From the NCBI RefSeq assembly GCF_000189555.1, contig NC_017276.1: a stretch of 64,000 nucleotides of DNA; one strand, written 5' to 3'. Below, one piece after another: positions 9,515-18,582 of the stretch (position 1 is the first letter of the stretch; each line of letters begins with the position of its first letter). The notes beneath the pieces are model-generated. The model ran no database searches. It was not told the origin of the DNA and saw nothing but the letters and a program-made list of their open reading frames with translations. The position numbers and the translations under genes are program-made. Source of the DNA: Saccharolobus islandicus REY15A (lineage in GTDB: Archaea; Thermoproteota; Thermoprotei_A; Sulfolobales; Sulfolobaceae).

Positions 9515-9705
9515 CCTTTGGAAGAGATAAATTTTTAATAAAAGATCTAAAAATAATCATTTCATATAATATATAGATAAATTATGAGTAAACACTTAAA
9601 GAACAAGTCAAAAGCAGCTTATTCTTACTAGTAATATTTTATGTTTAGTATTATCAAGTATAGAAGAAAGGTTAAGGAAAAAAGCTATAATCAGGAGTAA
9701 AATCC

Positions 9706-10077
9706 TTAACTATTAACGGCAAATATAACTAGTTTCTTAACATCTTCCTTAAGTTTTTTAACTTCCTTCTCGTTTAAACTAAGCTCATGGAATCCTTCCA
9801 CATGAAGAGTCCATGCGCTTTTCCATAGAATTGGTATTTCAGGATTATTACTTCGTAATAATTTGGAAGCTTTAAACAAGTTTTCGCTTTCCCATCTTCC
9901 CTTGCTCTCAACATCATTTATTATTTCTTTTAGGTTATTTTCTATAACAAGAAGCTTTATAGCCTCCTCAGCAGCCTTATAGTACTTCTCACAAGCCTGA
10001 ACAAGATCACCCTTAGATAAAAACTCCTCCGCATCATTTAAGAACTTTAATGCTAAATCTTTGCTTGGCCTCCTCAA
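9706..10077 (-). CDS. PaREP1-family protein (copy 2)
   Basis: AEEFLSKGDLVQACEKYYKAAEEAIK signature, plus W..A..LH..GFHE. Confidence 0.85.
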   Translation of the reverse strand: MRRPSKDLALKFLNDAEEFLSKGDLVQACEKYYKAAEEAIKLLVIENNLKEIINDVESKGRWESENLFKASKLLRSNNPEIPILWKSAWTLHVEGFHELSLNEKEVKKLKEDVKKLVIFAVNS

Positions 10078-10372
10078 TTAGCGTCTTAATGTCTTTCTTA
10101 TAATTCTCTATTAAATCTTTATCCATAAATTTTCTTGCAGTAAAAAGTGTTACCGCTGATGCCCACATGTCTATTATATTATCTCCAAGCTTATAAGACA
10201 GTTCAGTTACCGCATCATTTAATGTCTTAGAATCCCACCCGTGCTCTTCTGCCTCATTTATTATTTCTTTTAGGTTATTTTCTATAACAAGAAGCTTTAT
10301 AGCCTCCTCAGCAGCCTTATAGTACTTCTCACAAGCCTGAACAAGATCACCCTTAGATAAAAACTCCTCCGC
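9914..10372. repeat. 119-bp identical direct repeat (9914-10032 and 10254-10372) shared by the two PaREP1 genes
   Basis: Base-by-base identity by eye; 340-bp offset. Confidence 0.9.
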
Positions 10373-10411
10373 TTCCTCGTAATATATCTCTGCACTAGTA
10401 CTTATACTCAT
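10034..10411 (-). CDS. PaREP1-family protein (copy 1)
   Basis: Same signature; probable start MSISTSAEIYYEEAEEFL at 10411 (the longer tracked ORF runs into the tnpA remnant). Confidence 0.85.
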   Translation of the reverse strand: MSISTSAEIYYEEAEEFLSKGDLVQACEKYYKAAEEAIKLLVIENNLKEIINEAEEHGWDSKTLNDAVTELSYKLGDNIIDMWASAVTLFTARKFMDKDLIENYKKDIKTLIEEAKQRFSIKVLK

Positions 10412-10454
10412 TACAATAAACATTATAAAACACACTTTTAACTCTTTCTGATAA

Positions 10455-10783
10455 AGAATGACAAGCCTCACCCGGACGAGGTTTGTGTATTTTCTTAACT
10501 CTGGGAATTTCTTCAAGACTAGTCTGGCTCATTTTCCCTTGAAGTAGTTTGCTAGATATGATGGTGAGTATCTGGGTGGGCAGTTTACGAAGAGGTGTAT
10601 GTGGACTGGCATTACTTCTAGGGTTATTATTTCACAATCTAATTCTTCTGAAATTGATTTCAAGATCTCTTTAATATATTCGGCCACTTCACCGACTAAC
10701 ATGTCTCTACGATGTTTTGGAATCCATACAAAATGATAGTTATATAGGTATTTCGCATGCCTTGTTGATTTGTATTCTACAAT
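10455..10783 (-). pseudogene. tnpA: IS200/IS605-family Y1 transposase (tnpA) remnant with subterminal hairpin
   Basis: VEYKSTRHAKYLYNYHFVWIPKHR...PVHIHLFV...YFKGK* (HUH motif; TGA at 10529-10531); the catalytic-Tyr region is missing; hairpin ACAAGCCTC-N8-GAGGTTTGT at 10461-10486. Confidence 0.8.
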
Positions 10784-10828
10784 ACTTTAAAGTATTCAGA
10801 GATTTAAAAGCTTAAGGAAAACTCTGGA

Positions 10829-11672
10829 GAGTATGGCCAACATTTTCATTCATTTGAAACATTTACATTTATTATCACCTCCTTATCTAACAAGTACGTT
10901 GGGGTGTAAAGGATGTTGTATATCAAGAAGAATGTTGATAACCACCTCACTATTGTTAACTTGTTGGAATTCCAAGGAAAGTGGAAGTCCATTGATGCAA
11001 GCCTATGTTTTAAACTTCTGAACCCTTGTTCTGCATAATCCCTCTCGTTGAATATTACCTTCTCATGTTCTACGTTTAGCCATGAGAAGGCGTTGTAAGC
11101 TGTTGCTTCATCGTGCAAGTAAATTACCTTATCCATCCTTACTTTGAATACTCTCCTTGCTATCTCTTCAGCCCTCTTCATACTTACTAGGACCACCAAG
11201 ACGTGTACTCCACTCCTAACGCTGGTAATCATGAAGAAAGGTATTCCCTTGGTTTTGACATCCCTAACAATCCACACGTAATAATACTGACCCTTGATTA
11301 GCCTTACCTTAGCCTCGTCAATCGCGTAAACCCCGCTCAATGGTACAGCGTACTTAACATAACTCAACCTCCTATGGTAGTAAAGCAGAGTGGGGCAAAA
11401 CGACCCTCCATGAGGATAATCCAGAAACGTAGTTAGCCAAGGCAGAGGCTACGGTCTCCCTAGAGTAAAACCTCGGGCTAAGGTTAATATACTCCATTAA
11501 TATTAGTATTACTTGGGTGAGCACGGGAACCTTCCATCTAGTTCCCGTAATCTCACCCTAAATAATACCTCCCGTGCTAACCCTAAAAAGGTATTATCAT
11601 CAACGTTCTATTAATAAAGCACAAACAATTCAAATAATTCATTTTAGATTAACAAAATTGTTGTCCACACTC
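10829..11672 (-). mobile_element. IS6-family insertion sequence, 844 bp, inactivated
   Basis: Imperfect terminal IRs GAGTATGGCCAACATTTT and GAGTGTGGACAACAATTTT (reverse complement of the right end) enclose a DDE transposase. Confidence 0.8.
10846..11548 (-). pseudogene. IS6-family DDE transposase, frameshifted, apparent start codon mutated to ACG
   Basis: AIDE...LHDE...AEQGFRSLK triad in 10846-11367; the N-terminal part (RWKVPVLTQV...LPHS) is in another frame. Confidence 0.75.
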
Positions 11673-11680
11673 GTGCAACT
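11673..11680. repeat. Right copy of 8-bp target-site duplication GTGCAACT
   Basis: Identical to 5026-5033. Confidence 0.85.
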
Positions 11681-11683
11681 TAC

Positions 11684-11699
11684 GGAAAACCTTTTATAC
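11684..11699 (+). promoter_or_regulatory. BRE/TATA (GGAAAA-CC-TTTTATAC) for the gene at 11720
   Basis: Canonical spacing about 25 bp upstream of the ATG, consistent with a leaderless transcript. Confidence 0.6.
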
Positions 11700-11719
11700 A
11701 ATGTTCCTTCATTTATAGT

Positions 11720-12112
11720 ATGAATCCTTTTAAAAAAGAAAAAACATATCCTAAACAAGTTGATTTAAATAAGGTAGTTAATGAGTTTGTATCTTACCTA
11801 AATAGCGATAAATGGAAAGTACAACAAAAAGTAGAGGGAAATAAGGCAATAGTTCAAGCACAGAAAGGTGGAATATTAAGAGATATAATCGCTGCAGATA
11901 GAGCTTTAACGTTTACTTTTGAGAATACACCTCAAGGTCTTAAGGTAACTGCAGGAGTAGGCAGTTGGATAAAGAATTTGGCAATAACTGCGGTAGAAAC
12001 ACTTTTACTATCTGAATTATTCCTAATAGTTGACGTACCAGAAATGTTATGGAACAAACATGTTGAATCAGAGCTTATGAAAAAACTAGATGAAATAGTA
12101 CAAAGATCATAA
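11720..12112 (+). CDS. Conserved hypothetical protein
   Basis: 130 aa ORF with a promoter; converges on the aminopeptidase. Confidence 0.75.
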   Translation: MNPFKKEKTYPKQVDLNKVVNEFVSYLNSDKWKVQQKVEGNKAIVQAQKGGILRDIIAADRALTFTFENTPQGLKVTAGVGSWIKNLAITAVETLLLSELFLIVDVPEMLWNKHVESELMKKLDEIVQRS

Positions 12113-12113
12113 T

Positions 12114-14468
12114 TTATGGCATCTTCTTTTTTAATCGAGAATATATTTTTATCCTTTCTTCAGATTCTTTGATAGGCCTTTCAATCTCCTTAAACTTCAC
12201 CTTTTCGAGAAAGTCTATAATTTCTCTAGGTTTATCTACACCACAAAATGACATACTCCTAACTATAGAACCTAAACCCCAAGGACCTCCATAAACCGTA
12301 TTTATAAATTTCTTAACTTCATCAAAATTATTTATCAGATACCCACATACTTCCTCTCTTATATGTGGATTATGTACTAGTGAAGATATAACGAATCTAG
12401 TATCTTGAGCCTTTATAGTCCTATTAAATATTAATGAGAAAACCTTGTTTACAATTGATGGGTCACGAAGTGAAGAAATTGCACTCAACATTCTATTCTT
12501 CTCCTCATCTATGGTATACTTCTTATACTTTTCTAGAAGAGTATTGAAATCGTTAGTGGTTGTTGCATAAGCTATTGCAACAGCCTCTTTCATGTTACTA
12601 TCTATATTTTCATATTGATCAAATAGGGTAGATAACCCTAATGCAAACTCTTCATCAATTGTAGCTAAAGCATTGATAATTGCTGAGTACGCTAATTTGC
12701 CTAAATCATCATTAAATTTCCTAAATATTTTCACTTGATTAACTAGAAAATCTTTTCCATAATGTTTCTTAAATAGATAGTATAATGTTAGAAGTTGTGA
12801 GGTAATCTCCCTTGATACGAAAGAGTTAGAAGTATTTGTAAATCTGCTAAGTAAATCAAAGTACGTCCTTGCGTCTATCAAATCAGCCAATAGGAAATTC
12901 CAATAATCGTTAACCAGCCCTAACTCCTCATAAACATTATGCTTGGACGAAAAAGCTAAATCAAGAGAATCATAAAGCACCCTATAAAATCCAGTCCTAT
13001 TTACATTAACCTTAATACTCTTCAAGCCCTCTTCTAACCTTATTTCAGTGAATTCCTTATCTAAAAGGAGAGTGCTAAATTTACCGTTAATCTCATATGT
13101 AAGTGGAACCTTGTACGTCTCATTTAACCCACTACCAAGGAGCATAAATCTCTTTTGAGAAAACCTAATGGAATTACCATAAGTGTTGACAAAAATTACA
13201 GGGTAACCGGGTTTTGTAATCCATTCAGCCATAATCTCCCCTATATTCTGCCTAGCCGCCTTGGAAATAGAATCCCACAAATCTTTGCCTTCTGCATTGC
13301 CAAGTTTGAATGAATTTAGGTAATTAACTACACCCCTTCTGAAATTCTCCTCACCAACATAAGCCTCAATCATCCTCAAAATACTAGCCCCCTTACCATA
13401 ACTAATATTATCAAACATTTGCTCGATTTCATGTGGATCCCTTACATGTGCCTCTATTGGGTGTGTAGTAGTTAGGGAATCATCTTCTAGCGCGCTTAAA
13501 GTTTCGTCGTAAATAAGATGACCTTCACTATCCCATTGTGGAAATAAATACTTTAGACTCTTAAAACTCATGAACGTTGCGAAACTCTCGTTTAACCATA
13601 AATCATCCCACCACTTTAAAGTTACCAAATTACCAAACCATTGGTGAGCTAACTCATGAGCAACAACCTCAGCAACCCTAAACTTCTGATAAACAGAAGA
13701 AGAATCATCAGCCAATAAAGCAGTCTCCCTAAAAGTAATTGCCCCCCAATTCTCCATAGCCCCAGCTGCGAATTCCGGAACTTGTATCAAATGAACTTTC
13801 GGTAATTGATAAGGTATCTCGAAATATTTTTCGTAAAACTCGATAACCTTTCTGGCAACGTTAATTGCGAATAGTCCTCTCTTCGACTTTCCAGGGACTG
13901 TAGCCAATATTATGGTAGGTCTCTTTGAGTCATCTGCAATTTCCTCAAAATCATCTATTCCTAAGTATAGCAGATATGTAGACATCCTAGGAGTTTCTTG
14001 AAAATGATAAATTACCTTACCGTTTGCATCTTCTTCTATTTTCTCAACTGGCATGTTCGATATTACCTTTAATCCCTTCTCCACTCTAACACTTAATCTA
14101 AATCTTGCCTTCATTGCAGGGTGATCAAAACATGGAATAAATCTTCTAGCATATATCGCCTCAAACTGTGTTGTAATCATACCTTTGCCATTATATGGAG
14201 CAACATAAATTCCCAAAATCGAATCACGAGAAGCTTTTCCTTTAAACCTTACTTCAAGTTCTCTTTCAACCTTATCATAAATTATTAATTTCTCACCTTT
14301 TACTTCAAATTTAACCTCTCTACCATCGGATTTCACACTTTCTACTTCGAGATCGAGACTATCAAGCTCTAATTTTTCTTCGTTTGAGGTAAGGTATATT
14401 TTCTCTATGCCTTCATAATCATATCCATTAAAATCCAGAAAAATTTCGTACTTCTCCACGTTATGCAT
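12114..14468 (-). CDS. M1-family zinc aminopeptidase (tricorn-interacting factor F2/F3-like)
   Basis: GAMEN and HELAH-x18-E motifs; ERAP1-like C-terminal domain; start at 14468 or GTG 14459. Confidence 0.95.
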   Translation of the reverse strand: MHNVEKYEIFLDFNGYDYEGIEKIYLTSNEEKLELDSLDLEVESVKSDGREVKFEVKGEKLIIYDKVERELEVRFKGKASRDSILGIYVAPYNGKGMITTQFEAIYARRFIPCFDHPAMKARFRLSVRVEKGLKVISNMPVEKIEEDANGKVIYHFQETPRMSTYLLYLGIDDFEEIADDSKRPTIILATVPGKSKRGLFAINVARKVIEFYEKYFEIPYQLPKVHLIQVPEFAAGAMENWGAITFRETALLADDSSSVYQKFRVAEVVAHELAHQWFGNLVTLKWWDDLWLNESFATFMSFKSLKYLFPQWDSEGHLIYDETLSALEDDSLTTTHPIEAHVRDPHEIEQMFDNISYGKGASILRMIEAYVGEENFRRGVVNYLNSFKLGNAEGKDLWDSISKAARQNIGEIMAEWITKPGYPVIFVNTYGNSIRFSQKRFMLLGSGLNETYKVPLTYEINGKFSTLLLDKEFTEIRLEEGLKSIKVNVNRTGFYRVLYDSLDLAFSSKHNVYEELGLVNDYWNFLLADLIDARTYFDLLSRFTNTSNSFVSREITSQLLTLYYLFKKHYGKDFLVNQVKIFRKFNDDLGKLAYSAIINALATIDEEFALGLSTLFDQYENIDSNMKEAVAIAYATTTNDFNTLLEKYKKYTIDEEKNRMLSAISSLRDPSIVNKVFSLIFNRTIKAQDTRFVISSLVHNPHIREEVCGYLINNFDEVKKFINTVYGGPWGLGSIVRSMSFCGVDKPREIIDFLEKVKFKEIERPIKESEERIKIYSRLKKKMP

Positions 14469-14504
14469 ACCTATATAAATAGAAGTGTAAATAAAAAATT
14501 AGTG
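14469..14504. promoter_or_regulatory. Compact bidirectional promoter between the aminopeptidase and GH116 genes
   Basis: TATATAAA at ~14472-14479 (+) and TTTTTATT on the minus strand at ~14491-14498, within 36 bp. Confidence 0.55.
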
Positions 14505-16448
14505 ATGAAGATAGAGAAGTATTTTGGTGTACCTTTAGGTGGAATAGGGACAGGGAAGATAAACTTCTACCCAGATCTTACGATTGATGATATAACTATT
14601 CTAAACAACTGGTCAAATCCACTTAGAAGAATAAGGGGTTTTCACATATTAACATTTCTAGATGGGGAACCTATTTTTCTTCAAACTAATCCTGGAAAAA
14701 ACGTGGAAACACCCCCTCGATATACTTACATTAAGGATATGGAGATGTCGGTAGAGTTCCCAGTTATTAAGTATTCAACACCTCTTGCTGAAATCGAAGT
14801 ATATTCAATTTTAAGAAAAAATGATATTAAGAATTCTTCTCTCCCAGCATTAAAGTTTAAAATAAAAGGAAAAGGAAGATTTGCAATTTCTTATCCAAAT
14901 ATAGTTGGTAGTAAGAGAGCTGGAAGAACAAATGAGGGCTATAAGGGAAAGTTAAATGGTGTTATAATGAGAAATGAAAAAGCCTTAAACTCCGATCCTG
15001 CTTATGGAGAAATTTTCTTGGGATGTGTTGGCTGTAAGGTTATAACAAATTTCGCCTACTATAAGCCAGCTAAGGTTGGAATGACTGAAGATATCACCTA
15101 TTTTTATAATTTGGAAGAATATGATGAAAAATATATAATAAGACCTTATGCTAGAGAGGAAATAGGGGGTATCATATATAAAGATGTGAATGAAGAAGAA
15201 ACGTTTATCCTTTCATGGTTTTTCAACGGAAGACCTCATCATTATCCATATGGGCATTACTACGAGAACTTCTTTAAAGATTCGATAGATGTTGCAGAAT
15301 ACACTCTTAAGTTAGAACCAGATTTAGGTACAGAGGAAAAAGTAGAGTGGCTAAAGGAAGCTTTGGTGAATAGTTTGTACATCCTAACCTCAAATACTTG
15401 GTTAACTAAAGATGGCAGATTTGCCGTATATGAAGATCCTTACATTAGTAAATTAATGAACACTATTGGTTCTATGACCTTTGACGGCCTCGGATTTACC
15501 CTTTTAGAGCTTTATAGAGATTTAGTGATATCAGCCGACAATCATTTAGTGAACTATATAAATAATGGGGAAGCACCGCATGATATCGGGGAGGAAAGTA
15601 TTGAAGATCCAATTTACGGTGCGTCATATCCATATTGGTGGACAGACTTGGGACCAACCTTAGTCTTAATGCTATACAGAGACTATGTATTTACTTCTGA
15701 TAGGGGAATTTTAGAGAAAAATTATAATAAAATAAAGGAGATAATTGATTGGCTCATAAGAAAGGATATGGATAACGATTGTATACCTGACTCAAAGGGT
15801 GGTTACGACAATTCTTATGATGGAACTCATATGTATGGAGCCTCATCCTATGTTGCATCAATGTTCCTTTCAGCACTAGCTGCATTTATTAAAATATCTG
15901 AAATACTAGACGTTAAGATTGACACTAAATATTATAGATTTTTAGAGTGTGGCAAGAAGACATTTAACTCATTATGGAATGGAAAATATTTCGTTTTGTG
16001 GAAGAAGAACGATGAGGAAAACAGATCGTGCCTAAACTCACAATTACTAGGTCAATTCTGGTGTGATATTTTGGGATTACCGCCTATTACTGATAATGAT
16101 AAGATAAACACAGCTTTGAGAAGTATTTATGAGCTGAACTTTAGAGCTTCTAAATACTGTTTAACCAATGCAGTGAAGGAAGATAGAGACATAGATACTT
16201 CAACAGGTCAACTTAGATCATGTTGGCCTAGAGTTTCCTTTGCAGTAGCGGCACATATGATATTAAGGGGTATGGTTAAGGAGGGAATGGAGGTAGCGAA
16301 AAGGGAATGGGAAACAATTAAGGAGCTCAACCCTTTTGATCAATCTTCTAGAATAGACGCAATAGAAGGAAAGTATGTAGGGTTAATGTCATATATAGGA
16401 AGTACTTCGGTTTGGCTAGTGAAATTAGCTTTGGATAAGCTACGTTAA
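14505..16448 (+). CDS. GH116 glycoside hydrolase (non-lysosomal glucosylceramidase-like beta-glycosidase or beta-N-acetylglucosaminidase)
   Basis: GVPLGGIGTG N-terminal motif, candidate nucleophile (AVYED) and acid/base (DNSYD), SQLLGQFW, CWP; probable start ATG 14505. Confidence 0.9.
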   Translation: MKIEKYFGVPLGGIGTGKINFYPDLTIDDITILNNWSNPLRRIRGFHILTFLDGEPIFLQTNPGKNVETPPRYTYIKDMEMSVEFPVIKYSTPLAEIEVYSILRKNDIKNSSLPALKFKIKGKGRFAISYPNIVGSKRAGRTNEGYKGKLNGVIMRNEKALNSDPAYGEIFLGCVGCKVITNFAYYKPAKVGMTEDITYFYNLEEYDEKYIIRPYAREEIGGIIYKDVNEEETFILSWFFNGRPHHYPYGHYYENFFKDSIDVAEYTLKLEPDLGTEEKVEWLKEALVNSLYILTSNTWLTKDGRFAVYEDPYISKLMNTIGSMTFDGLGFTLLELYRDLVISADNHLVNYINNGEAPHDIGEESIEDPIYGASYPYWWTDLGPTLVLMLYRDYVFTSDRGILEKNYNKIKEIIDWLIRKDMDNDCIPDSKGGYDNSYDGTHMYGASSYVASMFLSALAAFIKISEILDVKIDTKYYRFLECGKKTFNSLWNGKYFVLWKKNDEENRSCLNSQLLGQFWCDILGLPPITDNDKINTALRSIYELNFRASKYCLTNAVKEDRDIDTSTGQLRSCWPRVSFAVAAHMILRGMVKEGMEVAKREWETIKELNPFDQSSRIDAIEGKYVGLMSYIGSTSVWLVKLALDKLR

Positions 16449-16523
16449 AAAATATTCAATAATAATGTATGAATATTATGATGAATTTGTACAATATCAG
16501 TGAATAATCCTTAGTTTTTATAA

Positions 16524-17615
16524 TTATTTTTTAAAAATTGAGAAGACTACACTTCCACTTTTTAACGTCATCAACACGTTAAGGTTTTCGTCCAATATAA
16601 CTAAATCTGCAACATAGCCCCTAGATATCTGTCCTATATCATCTATGTTAAGTAAGGATGCTGGAGAATACGTTGCATATTTAATTGCCTCTTTCAATCC
16701 AACAACTTTACTAACCCTTCTTACACCTTCATCTAAAGTTATGTTACTACCTACAAGCTTGTTATTACCTTCAAAACAAGCCTTATTACAGATAATTTTT
16801 TCGCCATAAAGTAAAAATTCACCTTCGCCTAACCCTGCAGCTTGTAAGGAATCTGATACTAGTATTGTATTATTTCCTTTTAACTTACTTATAATATTTA
16901 TTGTAATTTCATTAACATGCACTAAATCTGGTATTACTTCAGTGTATATTGGAGAAGTCAACGATACACCAATTATTCCAGGGTCTCTATGATGAAATGG
17001 CCTCATCGCATTAAACAAATGCGTAACTGATGATGCACCAAAGCCTATAGCTCTTCTGGTATCATCTGAGTTAGCATCTGTATGACCTAAAGAAACCTGA
17101 AAGTTGTCTACGAGGGTCTCCAATTCTCTATCACTCAGAATCTCGGGTGCTACAGTAATCCTCTTGATTTTAAATAGTTTCGAAATTTCTAAAATTCTTT
17201 CATCGAATCTAGTGAAGAATTTATGCGCCCCAGCTCTATTCGGATTTAGTATAGGTCCTTCAAGGTGTATTCCAATACTTTTAGCTTCATTCAGAATTCC
17301 CGCTATGCTAATCAATTTTTCAACATTCTCAGAAATTGTAGATGGAATGAAAGTCGTTACGCCATGTGAATAGTAGTATTTTGTCAATTTTTCATAACTT
17401 TCAACACTCTTAACGTCATTCACTAGAATTCCTCCCATACCATGGGTGTGAATGTCAATTAACCCAGGTACTACGTACTTGCCTTTCTCTATCTTTATTT
17501 CCTCATTACATACTTCACTTCCAATTTTTCTTATTTTTCCACCGGATATTATTATATCATCTCTAAAACTTTCTAATGGTGTTATTATCTCTAACCCTCT
17601 AATGCACTTGTTCAC
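16524..17615 (-). CDS. nagA: N-acetylglucosamine-6-phosphate deacetylase
   Basis: PGLIDIHTHG, HLEGP, GAH, LGHT, THLFNAM and LVSD motifs. Confidence 0.9.
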   Translation of the reverse strand: MNKCIRGLEIITPLESFRDDIIISGGKIRKIGSEVCNEEIKIEKGKYVVPGLIDIHTHGMGGILVNDVKSVESYEKLTKYYYSHGVTTFIPSTISENVEKLISIAGILNEAKSIGIHLEGPILNPNRAGAHKFFTRFDERILEISKLFKIKRITVAPEILSDRELETLVDNFQVSLGHTDANSDDTRRAIGFGASSVTHLFNAMRPFHHRDPGIIGVSLTSPIYTEVIPDLVHVNEITINIISKLKGNNTILVSDSLQAAGLGEGEFLLYGEKIICNKACFEGNNKLVGSNITLDEGVRRVSKVVGLKEAIKYATYSPASLLNIDDIGQISRGYVADLVILDENLNVLMTLKSGSVVFSIFKK

Positions 17616-18582
17616 TTTCCTTCACCTTGCCATATAGGAAACAAGCAACGTCATGGGAGTATTTAAATAATCCAGGCTCTTCATTATTACATATATCCAT
17701 TGCAAATGGACATCTTAACTTATACGGACATCCTTTTTCTACCCTTTCGTAATTTATCTTAACGTCCACTTCCCTATATAGGTTATCGATAGATGGTGTA
17801 AGTTTTATTAAGTCCTTTGTATAAGGATGTAATGGGTCCTTCAGTATTTCCTCCAAATCTCCACTCTCTACTATTCTACCAGCAAACATTACTATTGCAT
17901 TACCCTTGTTAAATAGATGATAAAAGTATCTGGCTATTGGGATATCATGAGTAATGAACACCATTGTGAGATTGAGTCTATTCTTTATTTCAGCTAGTGT
18001 ATTTAGTATACCAATCCTCAAAGAAGCGTCAACCATAGTTACGGGTTCATCGGCAACTATTATCTTAGGGTTTACTGAAAGACTTCTAGCTATATTAAGC
18101 CTTTGCTTCTGTCCGCCTGAAAGCTGATGAGGATATTTACTCAAAAACTCCCCTGCAGGTGTCAATTTTACTAATTCCAATAAGTTAATTAAACGCTTTC
18201 TTAGCTCATCTTTGTTGATCTTTTCCCAACGTAATATTGGAGCTGTTAAAATCTCTTCCACAGTCTTATTAAAGGGAAGTGTTGAGTAGGGGTCTTGAGG
18301 AATTAGTTGAACATCCTTTCTATATTTCTTAAATATTTTTCTCTTATTCTTCCAGATGTTATATCCATCATAAATTACTTCACCAGAGGTTGGTTTTTGT
18401 AAACCGACAATTACTCGTCCTAAAGTAGTTTTACCAGCTCCACTTTCACCTAATACTATAAGTAGATCCCCTTGATTTATGCTCAAAGATATATCCTTTA
18501 AAGCATAGAATTGTCGCTTTTTGAGCAATCCAACCTTATCTTCAAAAATTACTAAAACTTTTTTAAGCTCCATTAAACCCAT
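17599..18582 (-). CDS. Oligopeptide/oligosaccharide ABC transporter ATPase (OppF/DppF-like)
   Basis: GESGAGKT, LSGGQKQR, ADEP, C-terminal GC...RC...C oligo_HPY domain. Confidence 0.92.
   Translation of the reverse strand: MGLMELKKVLVIFEDKVGLLKKRQFYALKDISLSINQGDLLIVLGESGAGKTTLGRVIVGLQKPTSGEVIYDGYNIWKNKRKIFKKYRKDVQLIPQDPYSTLPFNKTVEEILTAPILRWEKINKDELRKRLINLLELVKLTPAGEFLSKYPHQLSGGQKQRLNIARSLSVNPKIIVADEPVTMVDASLRIGILNTLAEIKNRLNLTMVFITHDIPIARYFYHLFNKGNAIVMFAGRIVESGDLEEILKDPLHPYTKDLIKLTPSIDNLYREVDVKINYERVEKGCPYKLRCPFAMDICNNEEPGLFKYSHDVACFLYGKVKESEQVH

Larger units (their letters stand above)
5034..11672. mobile_element. 6.6-kb IS6-bounded composite transposon or cargo island
   Basis: Begins GAGTGTGGA (5034-5042) and ends TCCACACTC (11664-11672, exact reverse complement); flanked by 8-bp direct repeat; IS6-family transposase at the right end; AT-rich cargo full of IS remnants. 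Confidence 0.8.

Noticed and set aside
9297-9522. Target-site duplication around the MITE or around the IS6 copy alone
   Set aside because: Flanks of 9305-9514 and of 10829-11672 do not match each other; the only duplication pairs 5026-5033 with 11673-11680.
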